Below, piece by piece: positions 8,677-17,378 of a stretch of 59,014 bases of DNA (position 1 is the stretch's first letter; the number at the start of each line of letters is the position of its first letter). This stretch comes from Patescibacteria group bacterium. GTDB lineage: Bacteria; Patescibacteriota; Microgenomatia; Levybacterales; UBA12049. The position numbers and the translations under genes were made by a program. The DNA is taken from positions 1-59,014 of the forward strand of contig JBGTMH010000069.1 of the NCBI GenBank assembly GCA_041743715.1, read 5' to 3'. A model generated the notes under the pieces. The model did no database searches and had not been told where the DNA came from. It saw nothing but the letters and a program-made list of their open reading frames with translations.

Positions 8677-9555
8677 TCAACTGGGGTACTTTAATAGTGA
8701 TGAATGAAGTTTCTCTCTTCTCGTGGCATTCGTTGTTGGTGCAAGTAGCCCAAATGTCGTCATTTGCCATCGTCTTGCATCCGCTTCGAAACGATGACTG
8801 GTTCGAACATGATCCAGCTCAGTGTGATCTCTCGCAAATTTATCATAGAGCTCCTTGATACCTAGATCATGAAGTCCGTATTCACCCAATTTTGACCCCC
8901 AATGAACGAGCCAACTTGCGACAGTTATGAAACGCTCTGGATTATCTTCTCTATGCTTCTTAATATTCGCAAAATCCGCTAACACTTGTTTTTCATCAAT
9001 TTGCTTTCCACTTAAAGCTCCGAAAAATTGCAACTCGATACCAATGAGTGATCTTGAGGGATGATCTTCAGGTAACGCGTAACGCGCCTGTTGTAATAGT
9101 TGCTCACCGCGGACAAAAAGTTCCTGTCTCTGTTCGGCTTTATAAAACGGCATGGCTGAAAAAAGTACTCTGGCATAACCCCTTGGCAATTCTGCCGCGA
9201 AATGGAACTCTTCTCCTCTATGATCTGTTGTAACTCCGTATAATTGCGATATTAAAGCCTCGTTTTGATGAACCGTTGAGATTGTTCCTGACGCTCCTTC
9301 GAGAGCTCGCAAGACCCTACGAGGTGAAAAAGAACGATTTGCAACGCTGGTCTGAGCATCGATGTGAAGCTGAGCGAGACAAGCCAGTACTGATCTCTGT
9401 TCTGGATCTCGCGCAATAGCAGTAACCTGATCAGGATGTAAACTACCCATTTCAGTAGCAGCAATCTCCGCAGCTTGAACTATCAGATTACGTTTTCGGA
9501 TATATCTTGCAGCTTCAACTGCACTTGGATCAAATCTTTTTCTCTCTACACCCAT
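8677..9555 (-). CDS. hypothetical soluble protein
   Basis: 292-aa ORF. TGTTATAAT lies 7 nt upstream of the ATG. No recognised motif. Confidence 0.6.
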   Translation of the reverse strand: MGVERKRFDPSAVEAARYIRKRNLIVQAAEIAATEMGSLHPDQVTAIARDPEQRSVLACLAQLHIDAQTSVANRSFSPRRVLRALEGASGTISTVHQNEALISQLYGVTTDHRGEEFHFAAELPRGYARVLFSAMPFYKAEQRQELFVRGEQLLQQARYALPEDHPSRSLIGIELQFFGALSGKQIDEKQVLADFANIKKHREDNPERFITVASWLVHWGSKLGEYGLHDLGIKELYDKFARDHTELDHVRTSHRFEADARRWQMTTFGLLAPTTNATRREKLHSSLLKYPS

Positions 9556-9592
9556 GGAAGTGATTATAACAAAACGTCAGATAATAAATAGA

Positions 9593-12500
9593 TTACGAAT
9601 TTCCCTTTGATATTGCTCTCCGTCTTATCAATCTATACCCACCATATGCCATTAATGGCAATAGAGCCAGAAAAAGAAGTATAATGCCATTTACTGTGTA
9701 AAAAGTCTTTGTTTGCTCGACGAATGCAAAACCGCTTATTAACAATAAGCTGAAATAAAGCAGGAGTAAGTAGGCAAGTAAATTTTTGCGTAGAACAAAC
9801 ACGACAATTACTATCATTCCCACAAAAATTGTTATGGTTTCCCCTAGTGATACAAAAAACTCAGGAAGTGACTTTTGATCAGGAATAGATAAAAGAATGA
9901 GGATATTCAAAAGTAAGATTACAACAAACTTCCATTTTTTAAAATACTTATACAACAACAGAATAATACTTCCAACGATACCTACACCAATAATAACCCC
10001 TGGCATAGCCGTAATAGTACTCAGTAAAGGAAGAAAACTGTCGAGTCCCGTCAAAGAATCATAATTCGAAACAGATTGTAGGGTGTCATGTGATAATGAG
10101 AGATACAGAATAAGGATTGTTACACCGCTCAAAAGAAATGGTGTGAGATATGCAGCGATAATGGCATCATGTATGTAACTCTCTCGAACCTGTTTCTCTT
10201 CTGGATAAAACCCTCCATTCACATATTTCCATAGCGCAAGAAATAAGCCCACAAAAACACTTATAAAGAAAAATCCTACAACAAGACTAACACCAAAAAT
10301 AAGAATTGTTTGTAACGTATATGTTGCAATCGGTATTGATGTCGTATAACTATAATAAAAAGTAGGAATATTATTGAGGATTCCGATAATTGAAAAAAGT
10401 GTCGCGACCGCAGCAAGTTGGAAAGCGAATTTAAAAGGTATGCGTTTCTCCCGGGTAAAAGCCAAAAATGTTCCAAATCCCAAACTAATAATAAGCAGAC
10501 CCAGCAAACCCGTTATCGCACCTATTATAAAATCAAACGTTGAGGTTTCACTCTTTTCCCGTACCCATGCTTCAGGAAGCTTGATGTACTGATCAAATCC
10601 TGATACTTTATCTCCTTTGACCGTGACAGAGGTACGAAATTTTGCATCAGCAATTTTTTTATTTCTCTCCTCAAATTCAAAATAATAATCCATTCTATTC
10701 TCTTTCTTTTCAGCGGTCGTTTCAACCATTTTATACAGAGACAGATTATATTTTTTCACCTTTGCAAGATATTCCTCAGCTTTTTTCTGCGCTTGCTCAG
10801 CAGTGAGATTCGCACCTTTTGCTTTTTCATCCAAGGTATAGACTGTTTGATATATCTGTCCATCCGGAAGTATGTCAACGTGGTACTCTTCTTTCTGTAG
10901 GGGTTTGAAGTACCGGACAGACCAATAATCAGTCGGAATTTTATCAGGGTAAATACTTGTCAGCGTTTTGAAATCTGCTTTTTCAAATATATATTCTTGC
11001 GCTTCCCCATCTTCTTTATTTTCAAAAGTCACAACATGTTTATAGCCGTTGACGTTTATATTTTTATCGTTCAACGACTTTTGTGCAATCTGTTGTGCTT
11101 CCGAACGATCGATTGAAAGTGGGATATGTTCCATACTGGCATCTTCCCCAAAATTCCAAAAACCGACGACACTTAGGATTGAAAGTATTACAAGTACAAT
11201 GATTGTTTTCTTTCCAAACGGCTGATACGAAAATGCTGACTTTATTTTCTCCTGTATTGCTGCCGTTGCTTTGGGAAGATATGTCGTGAAGTGGTTATTA
11301 AAAAACTCTTTCTTTTCCTGTATAAATCCTCTCTTTCGCCACGCCCATCCCAAAACTATCACAGCGATAATAAACGGTAACAAAGACACTAAGGTACTAC
11401 TGCTTATCGCGTAGACATTTCCGGATGTTGTAAAAAATATAGCTGTTTGGAGAGCATTGAAAGTGTAATGCGCCACGATTGCAGCGATGATGCCATAGCG
11501 GACGAAAAGCATTCCAAAGACTATTCCAACCACACTCAATTCAATTCCGCGCACAAACCACGGAGATTGTGGATAATTACTGTGCAAGAACGCCCAAATA
11601 ACTGAGGTAATAAGAATGGCAAGCCATGTGTGTTTTAAATACTTTTTCAGTAAAGAAATACCAAAAAGCCGAAAAATCCCCTCTTCTGTTATCGCAGCAA
11701 TAAATCCGATAAAGAGCGGATATACCCAAGGCAATACGGTACTGAATATATCATCATAATTGATATCCGCGGGTGACCAAAAGCCAATATATTTTCCCAA
11801 AAAATAATAAGCTACTTCATAGGAAAAAAAGATAATTCCTACAAAGACTCCGACAAAAAGCGCTTTATTCACAGATTTGGTCGGGAAAGCCTTAGTTATC
11901 ATTGCATCAAGCGCGAACTTGTGAGGAAAGACTGCCCGATAAAGAGCTTCACCCGATGCAAAAATCAAAAGTACAGTCACACCTTGGGAAAGGCTTCCGA
12001 TAATACTTCCAAATAGCAGCTCTCCGATGAACGCCTCCCAACTCGTTGTTGTGGGATAATAATAAAGTTCTAGAGGTATCGAGTTAAGTGAGGTCAAGAA
12101 TGCAATGACTGCCGCAACGATAGCAAGTTTTCTGCTGAATTTTAATTTAAGATTGTTATTCTTGAATTGGACGATAAATGTGATAATCATGGCAAGTCCG
12201 AAAATAATAAGGGTCAATGATTCGGCTATTGTTTGTGCCAGACTATTTCGCGAAGTTTCTTTTTCATATTGTCTGAGCCAGGTTTCCGGGATTTTGAGAA
12301 ATTCCGTATAAACGCCTATTTTATCTCCCTGGACTCCGACCTGTATACGATATGTTGCTTCTTTTGCTTTAAATTCTTTTTTCTCCCATATAAATGTGTG
12401 ATCGACACGTTTGGGTCTCTGTGTACTGTCACCGCTTATAAACTCCCACTCAGACATGTCCTGTGAAACGGTTTGGGTCAGAAAGTTTTCAGCGACTTTT

Positions 12501-12955
12501 TGTGCTTGGTCTTTTGATAACCGAGCACCCGGCGCGGCTTCTTCAATATCATGGGAATATCCAACAAATCTTCCGTTCGGTAAAAAAGAAACACTCAGTT
12601 CTTCTTTTTTTTGTGGTTGAAAAAATCTTGTAGAGAAATGCCAAAGATCAACTTGATTTGATGCAAGCTCTGCCGTCTCAGGCACTCCGACTTCCCGCTC
12701 AAGATACGTTTTACTTGTCGTATCACTTGAAAAAATCGTTGCTTCTTTATAGGTATCCGTTTTAATCTTTTGCTCTGAAACAAACTTCCGCGCTTGTTCC
12801 GCAGCTTGTTCACGGGTAATGTTAAATTTGATATTATGTTCTGGAAAAGCGAGGGTGCGAAACTGGAGGAAGAAAAAAAGACTTACAAGGCTGGTAATAA
12901 ATAAGATTGCCAAGAAAAGTTTCTCTTTTGTGGTATAAAATCTTTCTGTATTCAT
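9593..12955 (-). CDS. giant polytopic membrane protein with CPBP (CAAX/Abi-type) intramembrane protease domain, internally duplicated
   Basis: CPBP motifs EEGIFRLFG, FLHSNYP and HYTFNAL in the first half. The second half repeats the extracytoplasmic module and TM bundle without these motifs. Confidence 0.8.
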   Translation of the reverse strand: MNTERFYTTKEKLFLAILFITSLVSLFFFLQFRTLAFPEHNIKFNITREQAAEQARKFVSEQKIKTDTYKEATIFSSDTTSKTYLEREVGVPETAELASNQVDLWHFSTRFFQPQKKEELSVSFLPNGRFVGYSHDIEEAAPGARLSKDQAQKVAENFLTQTVSQDMSEWEFISGDSTQRPKRVDHTFIWEKKEFKAKEATYRIQVGVQGDKIGVYTEFLKIPETWLRQYEKETSRNSLAQTIAESLTLIIFGLAMIITFIVQFKNNNLKLKFSRKLAIVAAVIAFLTSLNSIPLELYYYPTTTSWEAFIGELLFGSIIGSLSQGVTVLLIFASGEALYRAVFPHKFALDAMITKAFPTKSVNKALFVGVFVGIIFFSYEVAYYFLGKYIGFWSPADINYDDIFSTVLPWVYPLFIGFIAAITEEGIFRLFGISLLKKYLKHTWLAILITSVIWAFLHSNYPQSPWFVRGIELSVVGIVFGMLFVRYGIIAAIVAHYTFNALQTAIFFTTSGNVYAISSSTLVSLLPFIIAVIVLGWAWRKRGFIQEKKEFFNNHFTTYLPKATAAIQEKIKSAFSYQPFGKKTIIVLVILSILSVVGFWNFGEDASMEHIPLSIDRSEAQQIAQKSLNDKNINVNGYKHVVTFENKEDGEAQEYIFEKADFKTLTSIYPDKIPTDYWSVRYFKPLQKEEYHVDILPDGQIYQTVYTLDEKAKGANLTAEQAQKKAEEYLAKVKKYNLSLYKMVETTAEKKENRMDYYFEFEERNKKIADAKFRTSVTVKGDKVSGFDQYIKLPEAWVREKSETSTFDFIIGAITGLLGLLIISLGFGTFLAFTREKRIPFKFAFQLAAVATLFSIIGILNNIPTFYYSYTTSIPIATYTLQTILIFGVSLVVGFFFISVFVGLFLALWKYVNGGFYPEEKQVRESYIHDAIIAAYLTPFLLSGVTILILYLSLSHDTLQSVSNYDSLTGLDSFLPLLSTITAMPGVIIGVGIVGSIILLLYKYFKKWKFVVILLLNILILLSIPDQKSLPEFFVSLGETITIFVGMIVIVVFVLRKNLLAYLLLLYFSLLLISGFAFVEQTKTFYTVNGIILLFLALLPLMAYGGYRLIRRRAISKGNS

Positions 12956-12958
12956 ACT

Positions 12959-13422
12959 CTTAAATTCAAACTCTAAACTCTAAATACTAAACCCTAAACA
13001 AGTCCAAAACACAAAATTCAAATTATGATGACTTTGTTACTATTGATCCGAAAATTTTCATCAATTCATTTACTTCTTGTAATAACTTTTCTTTTTCCGT
13101 TGATTCATTTTCAATTAGTCTCAGCCATAATCTTGTTTCTTTCGCTTCTTTTCTGCTGATTTTTATTCTCATTAAAAAGTCTTTTTTACTTAACGATTCA
13201 CTTGCCTCGATATAGTTAGCAGCTATTGATCCTGAAGATCTTATTATTTGTTTTACATATTCAATATTTGAAACCGTTCTCGGCAAGCTCTTTACAAAAT
13301 CTCTAACATTTCTAGCAAACAAAAATGTCCTTTCATCCAAATCATATTGCTTTGAGTTTTGATTTTGGGTCATTTGAATTTGTTTAGAATTTAGGGTTTA
13401 GAGTTTAGAGTTTGAATTTAAG
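12959..13422. repeat. inverted-repeat-flanked cassette carrying the four-helix-bundle gene
   Basis: cttaaattcaaactctaaactctaaa (12959..12984) is the exact reverse complement of 13397..13422 (26/26), with weaker complementarity further inward. The right repeat overlaps the ychF stop codon. Confidence 0.85.
13023..13373 (-). CDS. four-helix-bundle protein (23S rRNA intervening-sequence protein family)
   Basis: FARNVRDFVKSLP...IRSSGSIAANYIEASESLSKKDFLMRIKISRKEAKETRLWLRLI matches the TIGR02436/PF05635 pattern. Confidence 0.85.
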   Translation of the reverse strand: MTQNQNSKQYDLDERTFLFARNVRDFVKSLPRTVSNIEYVKQIIRSSGSIAANYIEASESLSKKDFLMRIKISRKEAKETRLWLRLIENESTEKEKLLQEVNELMKIFGSIVTKSS

Positions 13423-14521
13423 ATCCAATCTTAAATTCTATGACATCTCCATCCTTCACAACATAATCTTTTCCTTCAAACCGCGCCTTCCCAACTTCTC
13501 TCGCTTTTTTCCGTCCGCCGATAGAAATATAATCATCAAAAGAAACGACTTCTGCCTTTATAAACTTCTTAATAAAATCCGTATGAATTGCTCCTGCCGC
13601 ATGTTGCGCGTCCAAGTCTTTTGCTATAGTCCACGCTTTTACTTCCTTCTCCCCTGCTGTGAGAAAGGAAATTAAACCTAAAGTAGTGTATGCCTTTTGA
13701 ATAAGCCGCTCCAAACCTGAAGCGTCCAATCCCAAATCTTTCAAATATTCTTTCTGTTCTTCATCAGATAATGCAGCAAGTTCTGATTCGATCTTCGCAC
13801 AAATAACAACAAATTTTTCTTCCGGCTGATTCAAAAGTCCAACATGCTTTTTCGTAATTTCTAAAATTGCGCCAGGATTATAATCCTTCTCCTCAACATT
13901 CAAGACAATAATTTCCTGCTTATGAGTAAGTAAAAACAAATCCGCAACCAATTCCTGCTCCTCATCATTCAACCCAACATCCCGAGCTGCCGTCCCAGCA
14001 TTTAACCCCTTATATAATTTCTCAACCGCAACCTTCTTCTTTGCATCAGTCTTCACAGCCTTACTCTCCCGAGACTTCTCAACAGTCTGCAAATCCGCAA
14101 TAATCAGCTCAGCCAAAATAATCTCATAATCCGACTTAGGATCCACCGCCCCCTCCTTAATCACATCCGCATCCTCAAACCCCCGCACCACATGCGCAAT
14201 TATCTTAACCTCCCGAATATGCGAAAGAAACTTATTCCCTAGTCCAGCTCCCTCACTAGCCCCTTTCACCAACCCCGCAATATCCACAAACTCAATAATA
14301 GCCGGCTTAACTGGCGGCAACCCAGGCATCTTCTCCTCTTCCTTTGTAACTTCTGCAAGTTTATCAAGACGCGAATCCGGCACAGGAACGGCCCCGACAT
14401 TTGGCTCAATAGTAGCAAAAGGATAATTAGCCGCCAAAGCCTGCTGCTTCTTCAAAAGCGCATTAAACAAAGTAGATTTGCCTACATTTGGAAGACCGAC
14501 GATTCCGACTGAAATGTTCAT
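13418..14521 (-). CDS. ychF: redox-regulated ATPase YchF
   Basis: P-loop GLPNVGKSTLFNAL, ATIEPNVG, and a C-terminal TGS-like segment RFEGKDYVVKDGDVIEFK. TGCTATAAT lies 7 nt upstream of the ATG. Confidence 0.95.
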   Translation of the reverse strand: MNISVGIVGLPNVGKSTLFNALLKKQQALAANYPFATIEPNVGAVPVPDSRLDKLAEVTKEEEKMPGLPPVKPAIIEFVDIAGLVKGASEGAGLGNKFLSHIREVKIIAHVVRGFEDADVIKEGAVDPKSDYEIILAELIIADLQTVEKSRESKAVKTDAKKKVAVEKLYKGLNAGTAARDVGLNDEEQELVADLFLLTHKQEIIVLNVEEKDYNPGAILEITKKHVGLLNQPEEKFVVICAKIESELAALSDEEQKEYLKDLGLDASGLERLIQKAYTTLGLISFLTAGEKEVKAWTIAKDLDAQHAAGAIHTDFIKKFIKAEVVSFDDYISIGGRKKAREVGKARFEGKDYVVKDGDVIEFKIGS

Positions 14522-14579
14522 AAATGTGATTATAGCAAGAAGAAGAGAAAAACGAAATAAAGAAAGGCGGAAATTTTAT

Positions 14580-15215
14580 CTATCTAGATATATATCGCTG
14601 TGGATTCCGCATCATATCTGTCATCTTTGCTTGCTGAGGCTCTCGATGCTTTGGGATCTTAGTTAAATATGTTTCCTTGTCTATTATCGAATAAAGTCCA
14701 AAGACAAAATAGGAATTCCTTGCGTTACCACTATTTGCATTTCGTAAGAACCACAGCATTTCATCTCTGGTGCTGCCAATTCTCGAATGAATATCTCTGG
14801 GAACAAAAAATACAATAGGTTTATCTGTAGCTGTAATCGCTTCTAGATACTCACTAGGATCCTCCTGTCCGCGCTCAACTGAAATATCATACATCTCATA
14901 TCCCTCTTCCCAATGATATAAATCATAAGCTATCGATGCATAAGGATAAAGACGTAAATCATTACTTAAACCCAAACTATATCCCCTTTTACCATCTCCT
15001 TTATCAACACTTTCTGAATCAACCCACATTTTAGCAAAATCATAGAAAGAAAGAACTCCTGCAGAATGATTTCTTAACAATTCAATATCCTCCTGCGTAA
15101 GTCCACTTGCTTTTATCTCATGATCAAGATCCAAAGGTATCATTGTCGGCTCCTCTTTTATCGGACCACTCCATGCTACCTTAGGAATATAACCACTTAG
15201 TGCTTCTATTGCCAT
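14580..15215 (-). CDS. hypothetical soluble protein
   Basis: ORF with a consensus promoter directly upstream. The start was re-called to the second ATG (15215), which lies 6 nt after TATAAT. Confidence 0.6.
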   Translation of the reverse strand: MAIEALSGYIPKVAWSGPIKEEPTMIPLDLDHEIKASGLTQEDIELLRNHSAGVLSFYDFAKMWVDSESVDKGDGKRGYSLGLSNDLRLYPYASIAYDLYHWEEGYEMYDISVERGQEDPSEYLEAITATDKPIVFFVPRDIHSRIGSTRDEMLWFLRNANSGNARNSYFVFGLYSIIDKETYLTKIPKHREPQQAKMTDMMRNPQRYISR

Positions 15216-15221
15216 CTGCAT

Positions 15222-15249
15222 ATTATAGACATTAACTCTGCATTGTCAA
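15222..15249 (-). promoter_or_regulatory. consensus sigma70-type promoter TTGACA-N16-TATAAT driving a leaderless mRNA
   Basis: On the minus strand: TTGACA (15249..15244), a 16-nt spacer, TATAAT (15227..15222), then atgcagATG. Confidence 0.7.
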
Positions 15250-15385
15250 AACTAGCTGAAGTTATTGCTTAAAAAACATATGGAGATCCCGCCTTCTCTA
15301 TTTGTCTAAAGTATTTCTCTCAATAATTACTTGCGCTTTTCTTAAATGTGGTAAGCATAGCTTAAACTTGAAGGGTATGAGCCCC

Positions 15386-15419
15386 AACACCCGGTGTTAA
15401 ATAGCTTCCAACCTCGAGA
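15386..15419. repeat. intergenic repeat family copy A: AACACCCGGTGTT palindrome + GCTTCCAACCTCGAGA box
   Basis: 23 nt are identical to copy D (58641..). The box is shared with 54336.., 55195.. and, more weakly, 16388... Confidence 0.75.
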
Positions 15420-15443
15420 TGGATATATGATTTTATTGAATTA

Positions 15444-15881
15444 TTACTTTGCAAACCTACTTGCATTGAGGATGGTTAGACCAATCAACTTATCTTTCTT
15501 TTTTCTTCGAATGATACCATCTTCTTGATATGAATCATCTGCTTTTTGGGGTGTGCCGAAATTTACGTAGAGTACATCTGCTTCTCTGTCGTAATCAATC
15601 CACAGCTTAGAATCGCCAAGTTGTGCTAAGTGTAAGATATTTGTTACTACTCCAGTTGTTGATTTTACTATACTTTGTTCCATAATACCTTTACTCTTAA
15701 ATAACCATTTATCATCAGTAGTTATATAAGCTGTCAAAATAAACCCGTCCGTTGCTTTAACTTCCTTATATACTACCACAAACCATATTTTTCTTCTAGC
15801 TTTTTTCTTAACTACAAGTAGCTCATCATTGACTTCTAACCCCAGGTTTTGGATAGGTTCAAGCCTCGGGATAAAGTTCAC
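15444..15881 (-). CDS. DUF2283-like domain protein with an in-frame N-terminal DUF4258-like remnant
   Basis: C-terminal KLWIDYDREADVLYVNFG...LIGLTILNAS is DUF2283-like. The N-terminal part, WFVVVYKEVKATDGFILTAYI, resembles only the C-terminus of DUF4258 toxins. The track start is GTG; an internal ATG at 15683 would give a 79-aa DUF2283 protein. Confidence 0.5.
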   Translation of the reverse strand: MNFIPRLEPIQNLGLEVNDELLVVKKKARRKIWFVVVYKEVKATDGFILTAYITTDDKWLFKSKGIMEQSIVKSTTGVVTNILHLAQLGDSKLWIDYDREADVLYVNFGTPQKADDSYQEDGIIRRKKKDKLIGLTILNASRFAK

Positions 15882-15898
15882 CGGATATTAGAGTTTAA

Positions 15899-16126
15899 CT
15901 ATTTTAGTATCGCTAAAAATCCTTCTTTGGTCAGCCCCGACTCTTTAATAATTGCATGCAGTGTCCCATTGGGAACGTCTTTTGCGTGCATGGGGATTGT
16001 TAGTCTTCTGTGGGATATTGAGTGGAAGAGAATAATATGGCTTCCTTTTTGTCTATCGATAATATAACCCTGTCTCTCAAATACTTTAATAAGTTCTCGT
16101 GGTTTAATACTTGGGAATTTAGGCAT
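15899..16126 (-). CDS. hicA: HicA-family mRNA interferase toxin
   Basis: KPRELIKVFERQGYIIDRQKGSHIIL... typical of the YcfA/HicA fold. Overlaps hicB by 8 nt. Confidence 0.9.
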   Translation of the reverse strand: MPKFPSIKPRELIKVFERQGYIIDRQKGSHIILFHSISHRRLTIPMHAKDVPNGTLHAIIKESGLTKEGFLAILK

Positions 16127-16361
16127 GGGAAGGGATTACGGATACTTGGGTATAGAAGGTTTCGGTTTCTTCTGGGATTTCTTCATCATGATCTTTTAGG
16201 CTTTCCAAATATAATTCTATTGCTTCTATCGCCATTTTTTTTGCTTCCTCTACATCTTTTCCATATGTGACACATCCCGGTAGAGCCGGAACAGTAACAG
16301 TATACCCTCCTTCAGATTCCTTTTGGAGTATCACTGTATAATTGAGAACTTTGCTTTTCAT
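16119..16361 (-). CDS. hicB: HicB-family antitoxin (UPF0150-type, no obvious HTH)
   Basis: YTVILQKESEGGYTVTVPALPGCVTYGKDVEEAKKMAIEAIELYLE. TATAAT lies 6 nt upstream of the ATG, with TTGGAA 16 nt further upstream. Confidence 0.85.
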   Translation of the reverse strand: MKSKVLNYTVILQKESEGGYTVTVPALPGCVTYGKDVEEAKKMAIEAIELYLESLKDHDEEIPEETETFYTQVSVIPSHA

Positions 16362-16691
16362 ACAGTTATTATATCATCTATTTACTGGATTCCAACATCA
16401 GGATTGACCTATCATTTTTTGCGTTTTCCCTATGTTTGAAGCCATGGCTTCGTATGGCGATTAGTGTAACGTGGCGAATTATTTGACTTAGCGGAAAATG
16501 TTAATTATGAAGTACGGATTCTGAATGCTCTTCTTATGTCTCTTCCATCATCGTTTACCACAGTAAGTAAATGATTTTCCATCATTTGCAGTCTTGATGA
16601 TCATAGAGTTTGATACACTACCAGCAGATAAATAACATCTTATTTATCAACTAATCGAAATTCGACTTATAGCATAAACCGAACAATCGTC

Positions 16692-17333
16692 TTAAGAATT
16701 ATCTTGATCTGTTTCGCCAAGAAGTGCATTCATTTGATTTATCTCATGTTGCCTTCTTACCAATCTATACACCGCACGTGCACCAGATTTTTCGTGTACG
16801 TTGAGCACAGCAAATACACTTGCCAGTCCGCGATTTTCACTTAAAATATCATCAGTACTCAGTGACATATGGCCAGCTTCATTTGTAGCATCACGAGTTA
16901 AATCAATCATTTCGTCGATTTTTATATCTCCAGTTGTAGATTGATCTCCAATTAGTCTATCTATTGCAAAATGGCTATTGTTACCCTGTTCATTAATTAT
17001 TCTAAACGCTTCTTCACCTACCGTTGGCCATTGGTAACCTTCTTTTTTTAACTCTTGCATTACGCTGTACATGTAGGCGGCACCAAATTCAAAATGTGGT
17101 GTGACCTCAGCATAAACTTCTCGAGGTAATAACTCCGCACCAAACGATCTTACAACTATAAGCCCCATATGCAACATCGGTTCATTCTGAAACATAGTTC
17201 CATGGTAAACTTGGGACCTGAATAATTTTTTATCCAATGCCCGAGCTCCAATTGCGTTCATAGCTCGCTCAGTGTGTTCTGCTCTTATTTTGGGAAACGG
17301 CGACATAGGAATACCTAGATTTCTTTCAACCAT
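16692..17333 (-). CDS. hypothetical soluble protein
   Basis: 213-aa ORF. TATAAT lies 6 nt upstream of the ATG. No recognised motif. Confidence 0.6.
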   Translation of the reverse strand: MVERNLGIPMSPFPKIRAEHTERAMNAIGARALDKKLFRSQVYHGTMFQNEPMLHMGLIVVRSFGAELLPREVYAEVTPHFEFGAAYMYSVMQELKKEGYQWPTVGEEAFRIINEQGNNSHFAIDRLIGDQSTTGDIKIDEMIDLTRDATNEAGHMSLSTDDILSENRGLASVFAVLNVHEKSGARAVYRLVRRQHEINQMNALLGETDQDNS

Positions 17334-17378
17334 GTTATTATTATAGCATATTATAGGGTATTTTGCCGCTGTAAATTA

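Noticed and set aside
8797-8807. tRNA genes, suggested by T-loop-like GGTTCGAA / GTTCGAA strings (also near 3903, 55912 and 58661)
   Set aside because: All such hits lie inside coding sequence or repeats. None has a flanking acceptor or anticodon-stem complement, and no cloverleaf could be drawn.
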